Shown here piece after piece: positions 40,706 to 52,199 of a stretch of 64,000 bases of DNA (positions are counted from its first letter, which is position 1; the number at the start of each line of letters is the position of its first letter). Under the pieces are notes generated by a model. That model made no database searches and had not been told where the DNA came from. It saw only the letters and a program-made list of their open reading frames with translations. The stretch is from Ferrovum sp. (GTDB taxonomy: Bacteria; Pseudomonadota; Gammaproteobacteria; Burkholderiales; Ferrovaceae). Where the stretch lies: NCBI GenBank assembly GCA_027316835.1, contig DAHVFW010000001.1, positions 20,550 through 84,549 on the forward strand, written 5' to 3'. A program made the translations under genes and the position numbers.

Positions 40706-42608
40706 CATGATGACCAGTATTGGAATCAGTGCATTGAATGCTGCCCAGGCCGGTTTGCTCACCACCGGCAACAATATTGCCAATGCCTCTACTCCAGGGT
40801 ATAGCCGCGAGCAAACCGTACAGTCCGCCCTGCCCTCGCTGGGCACGGGCAACGGATTCATTGGTCAAGGGGTCAACGTCACCACGGTCAAGCGCCTCTA
40901 CAGCAGTTTCATCAATACCCAGTTGCAGCAACAGCAGTCCGCTTCCAGTCAACTGACGACTTATTACAACCAGATCCAGCAAATCAACAATATCATTGCA
41001 GATCCTGCGGCTGGATTATCTCCTGCGCTGCAAAACTTTTTCAGCGCCATCAATGGGGTTTCGAATGCACCCGCCTCCATTGCAGCACGTCAAGGTTTGA
41101 TCAGCAGTGCCCAATCACTGACCGGTACTTTTCAAACCCTGAATCAGGTCATGACCGGGTTGGCAAGCAGCACCAACCAGCAAATCGCTTCCAGCGTCGT
41201 AAATATCAATGCTTATGCCAAACAAATTGCGTCCCTGAACCAGAGCATCCTCACGTCCTCGGCCAGCAACTCATTCCAGCAACCCAATTCCTTGCTTGAT
41301 CAGCGCAACCAGTTGATCAGTCAACTGAGTCAAGAGATCAATGCCACCGTACTCAAACAACCCAACGGATCAGATACCGTGTATATCGGCAACGGACAGC
41401 CTCTGGTCGTCGGCAACCAAGCCATGACACTGAAGACCATCCCCGCTCAGTCCAACCCTGCCCAACTCGATATCGCCTATGTCACGCCCAATGGAACCAC
41501 CCTGCGCCTCCCCAGCAACAGTATCCAGGGAGGAAATCTGGGGGGGTTGATGGCCTTTCAGAATCAGAGTCTGGTCCCCACCCAAAGTCAATTGGGATTG
41601 ATCGCCACCGGTCTGGGCATGACCATCAATACCCAGCAACTCCAAGGTCAGGATCTCAACGGAGCCTTGGGCACTCCTCTGTTCCAGATTGCTTCTCCCG
41701 TGGTCATTGCCAACCAGTCCAATACAGGAGCCGCCACGGTCAGCGCGACCATCACCCAGGCCAGTGCATTGACGGGAAGCAATTACACTCTTTCCTATAA
41801 TGGGAGCCAGTACACTCTGACTCGTCTATCCGATCACACGATCACCACCAGCAGCACGATGCCCATGAACGTCGACGGACTTTCTCTTCAGGTGTCGGCC
41901 ACGCCCAATACCGGGAACAGTTATCTGATCGAACCCACCATCAATGGCGCCCAGAATTTGAAGGTCATTCTCACCGATCCCACAAAAATTGCTGCAGCCA
42001 TTCCCGTTCAAGGAAATGCTTCCTCGACCAACATCGGCACCGGAAGTTTATCCGCGCCTGCCGTCACCTCGGGGCTCCCTCTCAACTCGAATCTGCAGGA
42101 CACGGTTAACCTCACCTTCACCAGTCCCACGACCTACACCGTCACGGACAGCACCACAGGAACGACGCTCGCCTCAGGTGTCTCCTATGCCCCCGGAGGA
42201 ACGATCAGTTACAACGGATGGAGTGCCACCTTGAACGGGGCTCCGCAGACCAATGATGTATTCACCGTCAGCGCCAATACCGGTGCGAGCACGGATGGCA
42301 ACAATGCCTTGGCCATGGGTGCACTCCAATCCCAGAATACTTTGCTGGGCGGGACCGCCAATTTTGCGGCAGCCTACGCCCAGTTGGTCAGTCAGGTAGG
42401 AACACAAACCAGCCAACTTCAGGTCCAATCCACCGCCCAAACCAATCTGGTCAACCAGACGACTCAAAACCAACAGTCCATCTCAGGGGTCAACTTGAAT
42501 GAGGAGGCAGCCAACCTGATTCAATTTCAACAAGCCTATCAGGCCGCCGGAAAAGCCATTCAAGTGTCCAACACCATGTTTTCCACCGTCCTCGGCATGC
42601 TCAACTAA
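40698..42608 (+). CDS. flgK: Hook-filament junction protein FlgK
   Basis: GNNIANASTPGYSR; LLDQRNQL; SGVNLNEEAANLIQFQQAYQAAGK. Confidence 0.97.
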   Translation: MTDMMTSIGISALNAAQAGLLTTGNNIANASTPGYSREQTVQSALPSLGTGNGFIGQGVNVTTVKRLYSSFINTQLQQQQSASSQLTTYYNQIQQINNIIADPAAGLSPALQNFFSAINGVSNAPASIAARQGLISSAQSLTGTFQTLNQVMTGLASSTNQQIASSVVNINAYAKQIASLNQSILTSSASNSFQQPNSLLDQRNQLISQLSQEINATVLKQPNGSDTVYIGNGQPLVVGNQAMTLKTIPAQSNPAQLDIAYVTPNGTTLRLPSNSIQGGNLGGLMAFQNQSLVPTQSQLGLIATGLGMTINTQQLQGQDLNGALGTPLFQIASPVVIANQSNTGAATVSATITQASALTGSNYTLSYNGSQYTLTRLSDHTITTSSTMPMNVDGLSLQVSATPNTGNSYLIEPTINGAQNLKVILTDPTKIAAAIPVQGNASSTNIGTGSLSAPAVTSGLPLNSNLQDTVNLTFTSPTTYTVTDSTTGTTLASGVSYAPGGTISYNGWSATLNGAPQTNDVFTVSANTGASTDGNNALAMGALQSQNTLLGGTANFAAAYAQLVSQVGTQTSQLQVQSTAQTNLVNQTTQNQQSISGVNLNEEAANLIQFQQAYQAAGKAIQVSNTMFSTVLGMLN

Positions 42609-42619
42609 AGGAGAGCACC

Positions 42620-43870
42620 ATGGTCCGCATCAGTACTGGCACTTTTTACGATAACAGCATCCAGGCCATGAACCAGCAGCAGTCGACGCTGCTCAATACC
42701 CAGTTGCAACTGTCTTCCGGAAAACAAATCAACACCCCGGCAGACAATCCTGCCGGAGCTGCTCAGGTCATCGATCTGACGCAGGCTACCGGCATGAATA
42801 TCCAATATCAAAGCAATATCACCGCCGCCCAGAATCAGATGTCCATGGCCTCCAGTGTCCTGCAAAGCATCACCACCCTGGTACAAAACGTACAATCCAC
42901 CGTCATCTCGGCCAATAATGCAGCGCTCAATAATTCCAACCGCCAGACCCTGGCCACCACGCTCCAACAACAACTGACTCAACTGATCGGGTTGGCCAAC
43001 AGTCGGGATGGAACGGGAAACTATCTGTTTTCAGGTACCAAGGGATCCACCAAACCCTTTATCGTCACCTCCAGTGGCGTCCAATATCAAGGCAACAGTG
43101 GACAGCAATTGATGCAGGTGGCCAGTGGACGCAGTATGCCCACCAACGTCAACGGGGCCGACCTGTTCATGAACATTGCCAATGGAAATGGGTATTTCGT
43201 CACCAGCAACACCCCCAGCAACGCGGGTTCCGGAACCATCAGTCAGGGCGGATTGGCGTCCCCCCCGCCCACCACTGCCCAACAGGGCAACCATTACACA
43301 CTGACTTTCGGTATCACCGGAGGGGTCACGACCTACACGGTATCCGGTACCGATGCCAGTGGCGCAGCCCTTCCCGCTGCCAGTCTTCCAGCAGCCAATC
43401 AACCCTACACCAGCGGTCAAACCATCGCCTTCAACGGCATTCAGTTCAATATTCAGGGGCAACCGGCCAATGGAGACAGTTTTAACGTAGCCCCCAGCAC
43501 CCATGTCCCCATTTTTCAGACGCTGCAAAATCTCATCAATCTGCTCAATACCCCCTTGCCGGCAGGCAACAGTACAGCATCCAGCAATTTCGTCCAACAA
43601 CTCCAGACGGCCGAAGGAAATCTGAACCAGGGACTCAACGCCGTCCTGACCGGCAATGTCACTTTGGGGACCAACCTCGGAGCCCTGACCAACCTGACAG
43701 CAACGGAAAACAGTCTGAATATCCAGTACCAGTCGACCCTGTCCCAAATACAGGACACCAATTACACTTCAGCCCTCAGTCTTCTGTCTCAGGAGAAACT
43801 CAGCCTGCAAGCAGCCATGCAATCCTTCACCGCCATCTCCAGTCTGTCGCTGTTCAACTATCTGCGCTGA
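42620..43870 (+). CDS. flgL: Hook-filament junction protein FlgL
   Basis: QLSSGKQINTPADNP; GNYLFSG; YQGNSG; SLSLFNYL. Confidence 0.96.
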   Translation: MVRISTGTFYDNSIQAMNQQQSTLLNTQLQLSSGKQINTPADNPAGAAQVIDLTQATGMNIQYQSNITAAQNQMSMASSVLQSITTLVQNVQSTVISANNAALNNSNRQTLATTLQQQLTQLIGLANSRDGTGNYLFSGTKGSTKPFIVTSSGVQYQGNSGQQLMQVASGRSMPTNVNGADLFMNIANGNGYFVTSNTPSNAGSGTISQGGLASPPPTTAQQGNHYTLTFGITGGVTTYTVSGTDASGAALPAASLPAANQPYTSGQTIAFNGIQFNIQGQPANGDSFNVAPSTHVPIFQTLQNLINLLNTPLPAGNSTASSNFVQQLQTAEGNLNQGLNAVLTGNVTLGTNLGALTNLTATENSLNIQYQSTLSQIQDTNYTSALSLLSQEKLSLQAAMQSFTAISSLSLFNYLR

Positions 43871-43876
43871 TCATCA

Positions 43877-43895
43877 CATTGACCGATGGTCAATG
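43877..43895. terminator. 8-3-8 palindrome between convergent flgL and fliR
   Basis: CATTGACC-GAT-GGTCAATG overlapping the fliR stop; no U-tract. Confidence 0.3.
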
Positions 43896-44687
43896 CAGCA
43901 GTCCCGTGGTCATTCGCAGCCCCATCTCGATGCTGTCGCGAATCATCCGCTCCGCCAAAACGGGCAAGACAGGCAAGGAAAAGTCCAGCACGATGAACCC
44001 GACCGCCAGGGTCAATGGAAAACCAACCGCAAAAAGATTCAACTGGGGAGCCGCGCGCGTCAATACGCCCAGGCCCAGATTGGTGATGAGCAAAGCCGCC
44101 AATACAGGCAAGGACAGGCGTAGCGCATCCACGAACAACGCACCCGCCCAGACCAACCCGACTTGCCACCCTTGAGCGTGGAATTGCAAGCCAGGATCCA
44201 GGGGGATTTGCCGAAAACTGTCTGCCAATGCCTCAATGACCAGCAGATGTCCATCCATGGAAAGAAAAATCAACGTAAAAAGAACCGTCAAAAACTGTCC
44301 GACCAAGGGTCGAAAAGTCGCATGGGTGGGGTCATAGAAACTGGCAAACCCCAGTCCCATTTGCAGTCCCATCATATCTCCTGCCATGGTCACTGCCGCA
44401 AAAACGACGTTCAGGCAAAAACCCAGAATGAGACCAATCCCTACTTGCTCCAGCAGAAGCATCACCCCCTCGAGTGAGACCAGACTCACCGAGGGATGGG
44501 TCGGGGGAAGAACCGGGGCGATGACCAGGGTCAAGGCCAAACCGAGACCAATCCGCACCTGTACCGGCGCCGGTGATTGTCCCAGCACGGGGGCAGTAGC
44601 CAATACCGACAATATGCGGGCCAAAGGAAGAAAAAACTGGGCGATCCAGGTATCCCACTGCGTGGTGGTAACCGTCAACAAGTCCAT
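43890..44687 (-). CDS. fliR: Flagellar export gate protein FliR
   Basis: QMGLGFASFYDP; DGHL; RAAPQLNLFAVGFP. Confidence 0.96.
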   Translation of the reverse strand: MDLLTVTTTQWDTWIAQFFLPLARILSVLATAPVLGQSPAPVQVRIGLGLALTLVIAPVLPPTHPSVSLVSLEGVMLLLEQVGIGLILGFCLNVVFAAVTMAGDMMGLQMGLGFASFYDPTHATFRPLVGQFLTVLFTLIFLSMDGHLLVIEALADSFRQIPLDPGLQFHAQGWQVGLVWAGALFVDALRLSLPVLAALLITNLGLGVLTRAAPQLNLFAVGFPLTLAVGFIVLDFSLPVLPVLAERMIRDSIEMGLRMTTGLLH

Positions 44688-44689
44688 GA

Positions 44690-44962
44690 TCAACCCACCA
44701 TGGAAGGGATTCCTTCATAAAGACGACGAATGTAATCCACCATCAAACTGATCATCCAGGGTCCGAGAATAACCAATACCAACACCATACCCAGCATTTT
44801 TGGAATGAATGACAGAGTCATTTCATTGATCTGGGTAGCAGCTTGAAAAATGCTGATGATCAATCCGATACCCAACGCCACCAACAGGATAGGGGCCGAC
44901 ACGACTACTGCCAAGGTCAACGCCTGCTGGCCCAATGTCATGACACTTTCAGGCGTCATCAT
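44690..44962 (-). CDS. fliQ: Flagellar export gate protein FliQ
   Basis: MTPESV; [19 protein letters not shown]. Confidence 0.97.
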   Translation of the reverse strand: MMTPESVMTLGQQALTLAVVVSAPILLVALGIGLIISIFQAATQINEMTLSFIPKMLGMVLVLVILGPWMISLMVDYIRRLYEGIPSMVG

Positions 44963-45708
44963 GGATTGAAACTCTGCATCAGAGAACCAATAAGCAGGTT
45001 CCAACCATCCGCCAGAACGAACAACATCAACTTGAAAGGTAAGGAAATCACCGAAGGTGAGACCATCATCATCCCCATGGACATCAATACACTGGCCACA
45101 ACCATGTCAATGATCAGGAAGGGAATGAAGATGACGAATCCAATCTGAAAAGCAGTTTTCAATTCGCTCGTCACAAAAGCCGGAACCAACACCTTGAAGG
45201 GGACCTGATCCGGTGTTTGCAACGCAGCGCTATTGGATATCTTGACGAACAGAGCCAAGTCACTTTCGCGGGTTTGGTGGAGCATGAAGGTTTTGAGGGG
45301 GATGCTGCCCCGATCCACCGCTTCCTGAAGAGAGATTTTCTCTTCACTGTAAGGAACCCAAGCCGTGGCATACACTTTATCGTAGACGGGAGCCATGACA
45401 AAAAAAGTCAGAAACAGAGCCAACCCAATCAAAACCTGATTGGGCGGGGAAGTCTGGGTCCCCAGCGCCGAACGCATGAGTGAAAGCACGATGATGATGC
45501 GCGTAAAGCCCGTCATCATCAACAGCAAGGCTGGCAAGAAACTGAGGGAAGTGAGCAGGATCAGAGTTTGCAGACTGAAAGAGTAGGTTTGCACTCCTCC
45601 CGATCCAGGGGTGCTGATCACCCCGATACCCGGGAGAGATGCTCCCCATACGCCTTGCACACACCCGCCCAGCAAAAGCCCCAAGCCCCATTTCACCGAA
45701 TTTCTCAC
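44959..45708 (-). CDS. fliP: Flagellar export gate protein FliP (GTG start overlapping the fliO stop)
   Basis: [47 protein letters not shown]. Confidence 0.97.
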   Translation of the reverse strand: MRNSVKWGLGLLLGGCVQGVWGASLPGIGVISTPGSGGVQTYSFSLQTLILLTSLSFLPALLLMMTGFTRIIIVLSLMRSALGTQTSPPNQVLIGLALFLTFFVMAPVYDKVYATAWVPYSEEKISLQEAVDRGSIPLKTFMLHQTRESDLALFVKISNSAALQTPDQVPFKVLVPAFVTSELKTAFQIGFVIFIPFLIIDMVVASVLMSMGMMMVSPSVISLPFKLMLFVLADGWNLLIGSLMQSFNP

Positions 45709-46094
45709 CTTTCCAACTCTCCATCCTTGCCCCCCGGCCTGGGCAATACATGCAGGGTCTGGACCTGCCCGGGAGCAACTCCCACCACCACCCACGTATC
45801 CTGAAGTTCCACCACTACCACGCGTTCACGCTGTCCCACGGCCAGGGAACTGACGATACGCAGAGACTGCCTGCCTTTCCCTGCGGACGAAGATGACCAC
45901 TGAAATTTTTTCAAGGCCCAAGCCACCCCCGCCATCAGCGCCAAGACCAGCCCCAAACTCAAGACGATCTGTATTCCGGTCGTCCAGGTCAGTACCGTTG
46001 GAGGCGCGTAGGTGGCGTGTCCATTCCCGGATTCCAGAGCCCAAGCCAACCCGGGGCCGACACAGCACCCCATGACAAAAACAGGAAACTTCAT
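45705..46094 (-). CDS. fliO: Flagellar protein FliO
   Basis: TM helix then [28 protein letters not shown]. Confidence 0.92.
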   Translation of the reverse strand: MKFPVFVMGCCVGPGLAWALESGNGHATYAPPTVLTWTTGIQIVLSLGLVLALMAGVAWALKKFQWSSSSAGKGRQSLRIVSSLAVGQRERVVVVELQDTWVVVGVAPGQVQTLHVLPRPGGKDGELER

Positions 46095-46549
46095 CGATTC
46101 AAACGACGCATACGTTCCGAAGGCGTGATGATGTCCGTCAGACGAATGCCAAATTTCTCGTTGACCACCACGACTTCCCCTTGGGCGATCAAAAAACCAT
46201 TCACCAAAACATCGAGGGGTTCACCCGCCATCCCATTCAATTCCACCACGGATCCTTGAGCCAACTGCAACAAGTTTTTAATGGGCATCTTGGTACGCCC
46301 CAACTCCACGGTGATATTGACCGGAATGTCCATGATCATTTCCAGATCCTGGTGCCCGGACACCGGCGGATCCTGCCCAAAGGTCTGAAAGACATGGGGT
46401 TCTGTCAGCGGCGGAGGGAAAGCATGTTCCTCGGTTCCGACAAGTGGAGCCGTCAGGGAAGGGTTGTCCACCGCACTGGTGGCCGCTGCCTGCTCTGCCA
46501 TGGCCGCACCCCAGTCATCCGCACTGATTTCTTGCTCTTCTTCATTCAT
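46091..46549 (-). CDS. fliN: Motor switch protein FliN
   Basis: DDWGAAMAEQ; MDIPVNITVELGRT; GEVVVVNEKFGIRLTDIITP. Confidence 0.97.
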   Translation of the reverse strand: MNEEEQEISADDWGAAMAEQAAATSAVDNPSLTAPLVGTEEHAFPPPLTEPHVFQTFGQDPPVSGHQDLEMIMDIPVNITVELGRTKMPIKNLLQLAQGSVVELNGMAGEPLDVLVNGFLIAQGEVVVVNEKFGIRLTDIITPSERMRRLNR

Positions 46550-47556
46550 CGTTTCATTCCTTCTCCGTTGATCCCCTCCGAAGTAGACAAAAGACGCTCG
46601 ACTTTCAAGGCATACTGGTTGTTGAAAACGCCATAGTGACACTCCATGACGGGCACATTGTCCACCTTTCCCTGTACCAGTTCATTCATCACGAGCGGAA
46701 TCACATCCCCCGGCTTGAGTTTCAGAAGTTGCTCCACAGTAACGCGCGCCTCTGCCAATTCCGCCACCAACTCGATCATGGCAGACTGCACCTGAAGCGA
46801 GAGCAATTGCATCCATCGTCGATCCAAAGACAGGTGATCTCCCTGCATTGAACTGTAGAGCAGTTCCCGAATGGGTTCGATCATGGAATAAGGCAAACAG
46901 ATATGTACCCCTCCCCCTCCCCCTCCTCCAAATTCCACCTCAAAAGTGGTCGCAACCACCACCTCGTTGGGGGTTGCGATATTGGCAAACTGTGGGTTCA
47001 TTTCGGAACGAACGAACTGGAACTCCAGGGGATAAATGCCATCCCAGGACTTGCTGTAAGCCAGGAACAAAGCATCCAGCATCTTCTGGATGATGCGGTG
47101 TTCGGTCTGGGTAAATTCTCGTCCTTCGACCCGCGTATGAAATCGCCCATCCCCCCCGAACAAATTATCCACCACCAGAAAAATCAAATCAGGGTCAAAG
47201 ACAAAGAGGGCATTCCCCCGCAAAGGTTTGGCTTGAACCAGATTGATATTGGCAGGGACCTGCAGGTTACGAATGAATTCACTGAACTTGAGCACACGCA
47301 ACTGCCCTACGGAGACATCGGCTGCACGCCGAACCAGATTGAATAATTCGATTCTGAACAAACGCGTAAAACGTTCGTTGATGATCTCCATGGTGGGCAT
47401 ACGCCCACGCACGATACGTTCCTGCTTTCCCAGATTGTAGAGGCGCGCCCCTTCATGAGCGTCCTCTTTTACATCGGCAGATTCTTCTCCCTCCTCACCC
47501 GTCACGCCGCGCAGTAGGGAATCGACTTCTTCCTGGGAAAGGAAATCGCTGTTCAT
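46546..47556 (-). CDS. fliM: Motor switch protein FliM
   Basis: FLSQEEVDSLL (CheY-binding); RGRMPTMEIINERF; SEMNPQFANI. Confidence 0.98.
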   Translation of the reverse strand: MNSDFLSQEEVDSLLRGVTGEEGEESADVKEDAHEGARLYNLGKQERIVRGRMPTMEIINERFTRLFRIELFNLVRRAADVSVGQLRVLKFSEFIRNLQVPANINLVQAKPLRGNALFVFDPDLIFLVVDNLFGGDGRFHTRVEGREFTQTEHRIIQKMLDALFLAYSKSWDGIYPLEFQFVRSEMNPQFANIATPNEVVVATTFEVEFGGGGGGGVHICLPYSMIEPIRELLYSSMQGDHLSLDRRWMQLLSLQVQSAMIELVAELAEARVTVEQLLKLKPGDVIPLVMNELVQGKVDNVPVMECHYGVFNNQYALKVERLLSTSEGINGEGMKR

Positions 47557-47559
47557 GGT

Positions 47560-48264
47560 CTATTGGATGATGAAATCCGTGAACAAAACATCCACCACAC
47601 CCTCCCGGTTACCCCCGTCCTCATCGGGTTCAGGCAAAAAATCCTTGACCGATACCGGCTTGGGAGGTACGGTGTCGACAGGTTTGACTTCAGTTTGTTG
47701 CAAAGTTGCAGACACCCCTCCAACACTTACCGAAGCCGGCGCCACGGGCGTCTGTGCCGCAGGAGAGGCAGGCGTCGTGGACAGGTCGGGCGGAAGGTTT
47801 TTCTTGAACCCCAGAATCTTGTTGGTCAAATAAAGAATTTCTGCAGCCAGCCGTTTCTTGCCTTGGAGGGTTTGCAATTCCGAAGCCCGTTTACTGGAAA
47901 GCAACTCCAGCAAGCGACTGCGGATCTCCGGCATTTCTTTCTTGATTTTTTCTTCCAGTTCCGGATCGTACGTCTTCAAGGTGATGCCCAATTGCATCAC
48001 CTGATCGCCTTGTTCCTGAATCAGATTGACCGTAAATCGATCCAGGGGAATGAATAGAGCGGGGGTCGTAGGCTCGGACGATTTTTTCTTTTCTTCCGCA
48101 TGAGGTTTGTTTTTAACCAGGAAAAACCAAGCCGCCCCACCCCCGGCCGCCAGCACCACCACGACGGCCACGATGATGAGGACCAGAGTTTTCTTGGACT
48201 TGCGTGGAACTTCCTCTGCCTCTGTGTCTGCGGGTTTTTTCTTATCGTCTTTTTTAGTTGACAT
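47560..48264 (-). CDS. fliL: Flagellar protein FliL with a Pro/Ala-rich insertion near the C-terminus
   Basis: TM helix GGGAAWFF; FTVNL; MPEIRSRLLELLSSK; VVDVLFTDFIIQ. Confidence 0.93.
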   Translation of the reverse strand: MSTKKDDKKKPADTEAEEVPRKSKKTLVLIIVAVVVVLAAGGGAAWFFLVKNKPHAEEKKKSSEPTTPALFIPLDRFTVNLIQEQGDQVMQLGITLKTYDPELEEKIKKEMPEIRSRLLELLSSKRASELQTLQGKKRLAAEILYLTNKILGFKKNLPPDLSTTPASPAAQTPVAPASVSVGGVSATLQQTEVKPVDTVPPKPVSVKDFLPEPDEDGGNREGVVDVLFTDFIIQ

Positions 48265-48294
48265 CTCGTCACTCGCCCTAAAATAAGGTATCCA

Positions 48295-49623
48295 TCACGC
48301 AAAGGTATCGACCAACCCAACCCCCTGTCGGATCGCCCCACCTCGTACGCCCATGGGCACAGAGGATACCTCAAGCGTGCGCTTCGTGGCAGAGAAATTT
48401 CCACTTGGCATATGCCGCTGTGACGGTGAACCCTGCGCCCCCTGATCGCTCACCGTCGCCTGCCCAAGAGATAACCCGCTCCCCGCCAACATCTCCCGCA
48501 AATGAGGAAGCGCATGTTGAATCGCATCCCGCACGGCCGCATGAGGCGAACTGAAGAAGGCATCGGCCTGAGCCCCTGACACCTGTACCACGACGCTCAG
48601 AGGCCCCAAATCCGGGGGATTGAGATGCAACTCAGCACTTTGTTGGGACTGTCCGACCATCCAGGTAACCTTTTGGGAAAACTCTGATCCCCAGCCCATT
48701 TGTCCCAGGGGCGTCGTCACGCTCGAAGAGACCATCTCTGCACCCACCGGTGTGCCGCCCGGAGACATCAAGAGGCCATCGAGTGCAGAATGTCCCGACA
48801 CCGCATGCGCAGAGTGGGGGGTCAAAGAAATCGCCAGGGAGTCGGAACTCCCCTGGCCGCCGGAAGTTTCCACGCCGGCCGATGGGGGAAAAGTCCCATT
48901 TGCCCCCGTCAGAAGCGAAAAGTTTGCCCCGCTTCCGGATGCCGAGGAGGTTATTTCCGCAGTCTTCTGTGCGCCTGCCAGACCTTGCTCCGTTTTCCCG
49001 GCCCCCGAGGAGGAGAACAGGGCTCCCTCAACGACCGTCTCCGAAGGCACAGGAGACGTCTTCTGCTCCGGTTTCGCGGGCGGCATCCCCATAGGGGAGG
49101 GCATCAACGCTGCCACAGCCATTTGTCCTGCCCGTGCACTCTGAGAAGAATTTTTGGTGGCCAGCCGCGGGGAAGTCGTTCCACTGTTCGTCACCGTGTT
49201 TTCAACCACAGTGGCGGTCACCCCGCCCCCAATCATCCCACCAGCCATTTGAGAGAGATCGGGATCCTGCGGTTGGCCCTGGACCGACGGTTTCTTGTCC
49301 ACAGAATGTGCAGAAGCCGTCTGGGTAGCGGAGGTCTGATTTTTGGTGACCTCGGACTTGCTGGCCGCGACCGGTGGCCGAGAACCTTCCGTGGATGGCA
49401 AATGATTCTCAGTGGCGTGGGATGACTTTGCCTCTGGACCATGAACCGGAACAGAAGTGCCCGTCACACTTTGCGGACGTTGCGCCGAAGAGCCATTATC
49501 AGACAGTTGCTGAGACAAGAGCGCCATGAAACTCTCTCCTCCCGTCTTATGAGCAGAGGAACGGTCAAGCCTGTTGGCTCCGGAAACCGGCGTGCTACGA
49601 ACCACGGGTACAGGTTGCATCAT
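48295..49623 (-). CDS. fliK: Hook-length control protein FliK
   Basis: Low-complexity N-terminus; C-terminal SAELHLNPPDLGPL...ALPHLREMLAGSGLSL; VDTFA end. Confidence 0.92.
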   Translation of the reverse strand: MMQPVPVVRSTPVSGANRLDRSSAHKTGGESFMALLSQQLSDNGSSAQRPQSVTGTSVPVHGPEAKSSHATENHLPSTEGSRPPVAASKSEVTKNQTSATQTASAHSVDKKPSVQGQPQDPDLSQMAGGMIGGGVTATVVENTVTNSGTTSPRLATKNSSQSARAGQMAVAALMPSPMGMPPAKPEQKTSPVPSETVVEGALFSSSGAGKTEQGLAGAQKTAEITSSASGSGANFSLLTGANGTFPPSAGVETSGGQGSSDSLAISLTPHSAHAVSGHSALDGLLMSPGGTPVGAEMVSSSVTTPLGQMGWGSEFSQKVTWMVGQSQQSAELHLNPPDLGPLSVVVQVSGAQADAFFSSPHAAVRDAIQHALPHLREMLAGSGLSLGQATVSDQGAQGSPSQRHMPSGNFSATKRTLEVSSVPMGVRGGAIRQGVGLVDTFA

Positions 49624-49633
49624 GACACTCCTT

Positions 49634-50086
49634 TCACTTGGCTTCCGATAAAAGATGAGCGATTCTTTGCCCTACCTGTTCATCCTGGACTTTTTGCTCG
49701 ATTCGGGTCGTCCGTTCCTGTTCTCTGGAACCATGGCGCTCAGACAACACCTCCATGGACAGCACCTGGCGATGAGCCTTCTGAACCGTCACCTGCCCTT
49801 GGCTCACTTCACCGTCCGCTTGCGCCACCACAGCCCGCTGCTGCCTGACCGCCTCATCCAGTCGTTCCAGAAAGTGCTGGAAATTCATCAAGGTTTCAAA
49901 GGCACCGCCCGTCTGAATCACTGCCTGATAACGCCCTTCGTAGTCCGTTCGAAACCGGATCAACATATCCAGTTTTTTTTGTTCTTCGTAGTGACGCCGG
50001 TTGACCTGGCCCAACTTCCTGCTTGCTTGATCGCTCCGTGTTTTAGAGAGCGTTTTCAAGATTTCCAATGGAAAAGGACGAGTCAT
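49634..50086 (-). CDS. fliJ: Flagellar export protein FliJ
   Basis: 150-aa coiled coil; [13 protein letters not shown]; EQKVQDE; follows fliI. Confidence 0.9.
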   Translation of the reverse strand: MTRPFPLEILKTLSKTRSDQASRKLGQVNRRHYEEQKKLDMLIRFRTDYEGRYQAVIQTGGAFETLMNFQHFLERLDEAVRQQRAVVAQADGEVSQGQVTVQKAHRQVLSMEVLSERHGSREQERTTRIEQKVQDEQVGQRIAHLLSEAK

Positions 50087-51498
50087 GACACAACGCTCCC
50101 AAACAGATTAAGAAATTGTTCATTTCCCAACTCCAGACCGACCTGCTCCTGAATCCCTTGCACCAGATAATGCTCCATGTCAGGATACCTCTGTATGGCT
50201 TCGTCCAGCAAGGGATCTGAACCCGGAACATAGGCGCCTACACTGACCAGATCGCGGTTACGTTGATAGTGGGCATAGAGTTGCTTGAATCTCTGTACCT
50301 GGTACATCTGACGCGCAGGAACCAATTGATTCATTGCCCGACTGATGGAGGCTTCCACATCAATGGCAGGATAATGTCCCTGTTCCGCCAAACGGCGCGA
50401 TAACACGATATGCCCGTCAAGAATGGCCCGAGCACTGTCAGCGATCGGATCCTGTTGGTCGTCGCCCTCTGTGAGAACGGTATAAAAAGCAGTGATCGAT
50501 CCGCCCCCCTCGATTCCATTCCCTGCGCGTTCCACCAACTTGGGCAACCGGGCAAAGACCGAAGGAGGGTAACCTTTGGTGGCCGGTGGCTCCCCAATCG
50601 CCAGGGCAATCTCGCGCTGAGCCATGGCATAGCGCGTCAACGAATCCATGATGAGAAGGACATTCTGTCCCCGATCACGGAAATATTCCGCAATGGTGGT
50701 GGCATAGGCGGCTCCCTGCAACCTCAGGAGTGGACTGGTGTCCGCCGGAGCCGCCACTACAACGGCCCGTGCCATCCCCTCCACGCCCAGAATATCATCG
50801 ATGAATTCGCGTACTTCGCGTCCCCGTTCCCCGATCAGGCCCACCACGATCACGTCGGCCTCAGTGAAACGGGCCATCATTCCCAACAAAACACTCTTGC
50901 CCACGCCACTGCCCGCAAACAACCCCATGCGCTGACCCCGGCCAACGGTCAACAATGCATTGATGGCGCGCACCCCGACATCCAAGGCTGCGCTGATGGG
51001 GGTTCGGTCCAGGGGATTGATGGGACGACTTTGCAATGGGGCCGCTTCCCCCTCCCCCAGAGGGCCCAACGCATCCAACGGGCGCCCGGCACCATCCACC
51101 ACTCGTCCCAACAATCTTTCTCCCACGGGCAGATGACGCACCCGGTCACTGAGGCGGCGACGGGGTGGGAGACGTTTACCCAAAGGGGTAAACGTGGGCG
51201 GAATTTCTGCCGGAACGACGCGCGCCCCGGGAACCAAACCATGCACTTCATTTTCCGGCATGAGAAATAGGCGATCTCCCGAAAACCCCACCACTTCCGC
51301 TTCGATACGGTGATGGGGCAATTCGATCATGCAAGTACTGCCCACGGGCAGACGCAATCCCACCGCTTCCATCACCAACCCCGTCGCCTTGACCAACTGT
51401 CCGCTCACTTGCAGAGGGATGGCCAAACTCACGGCATCACGGGCAGCCGCCAAACTTTCACGCCAACATTCGTTTCGGTCAGAAAAAGAAATCGTCAT
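50083..51498 (-). CDS. fliI: Flagellum-specific ATPase FliI
   Basis: [43 protein letters not shown]. Confidence 0.98.
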   Translation of the reverse strand: MTISFSDRNECWRESLAAARDAVSLAIPLQVSGQLVKATGLVMEAVGLRLPVGSTCMIELPHHRIEAEVVGFSGDRLFLMPENEVHGLVPGARVVPAEIPPTFTPLGKRLPPRRRLSDRVRHLPVGERLLGRVVDGAGRPLDALGPLGEGEAAPLQSRPINPLDRTPISAALDVGVRAINALLTVGRGQRMGLFAGSGVGKSVLLGMMARFTEADVIVVGLIGERGREVREFIDDILGVEGMARAVVVAAPADTSPLLRLQGAAYATTIAEYFRDRGQNVLLIMDSLTRYAMAQREIALAIGEPPATKGYPPSVFARLPKLVERAGNGIEGGGSITAFYTVLTEGDDQQDPIADSARAILDGHIVLSRRLAEQGHYPAIDVEASISRAMNQLVPARQMYQVQRFKQLYAHYQRNRDLVSVGAYVPGSDPLLDEAIQRYPDMEHYLVQGIQEQVGLELGNEQFLNLFGSVVS

Positions 51499-52199
51499 GC
51501 GCCATTTCCCTCCAACCAGTCGAATCCCAGACCCAGGGTGGCAACCACTTTTTGCCAACGGTGCGCCAACGAAGCATCGATCTGACTATGGGCCGTATCC
51601 AACCGGCAACCCCCACGTTCCAAGGTTGCGTCCTCCAAAATCCTCCACCCACTATGGGACAGATGCTCGCCCAGACTCTCCCGTACCAGGATCGCATCAG
51701 TGGGGTTCAAGGTGAGATGGGCGGCTTGATTGAAATGGGGTAGCATCTGCAAGGCTTCCCGAATCACGGGCAGGATCAATTCAGGACGCACTTGCAGCGC
51801 TTGACGAACCATCTGACGCGCCACCTCGAGAGACAACTCCAGAATATCCTCCACCACCCCGTGATCCGTTTCACGCAGTTGTTTCGTCAACGAGTCCAAA
51901 GTGGCAGTCAATTGCGCCACCACCTCGGTCACTCTGTTCTGACCCTCTGCGTACCCCACTTCATAGCCGATCTGATAGCCATTGCGATGTCCTTCCAGTT
52001 CGGCCTGCTGGTGGATGAGTTCCAATTCTGCCGCCGTGGGCAATACCAGCGGAGGAGAGGCCGACTCGAACGCTGGAGACGGGATATCCGTCGAAGCCCC
52101 CCCCCCGGAATGAACCGGGTCAAAACTCGGCAATTCCCAACGCGTAAATGCGCCGACGGGTATTCCCTCCTTTCCTCCAAACTCAGACAAAGGCGTCAT
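51495..52199 (-). CDS. fliH: Flagellar export protein FliH
   Basis: RWELPSF; GxxxG repeats ([17 protein letters not shown]); LNPTD; GGCRL. Confidence 0.95.
   Translation of the reverse strand: MTPLSEFGGKEGIPVGAFTRWELPSFDPVHSGGGASTDIPSPAFESASPPLVLPTAAELELIHQQAELEGHRNGYQIGYEVGYAEGQNRVTEVVAQLTATLDSLTKQLRETDHGVVEDILELSLEVARQMVRQALQVRPELILPVIREALQMLPHFNQAAHLTLNPTDAILVRESLGEHLSHSGWRILEDATLERGGCRLDTAHSQIDASLAHRWQKVVATLGLGFDWLEGNGA

Noticed and set aside
46907-46929. Poly-Gly (G6) stretch in FliM
   Set aside because: Falls in a known variable Gly-containing turn; frame intact
52097-52106. G10 tract in fliH (also G9 at 63466-63474 in the cyclase) as phase-variation sites
   Set aside because: In-frame Gly runs; similar tracts occur in essential genes (glmS 20002-20010, murF 10940-10947), so this looks like background. 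Read-level length variation would be needed to support it
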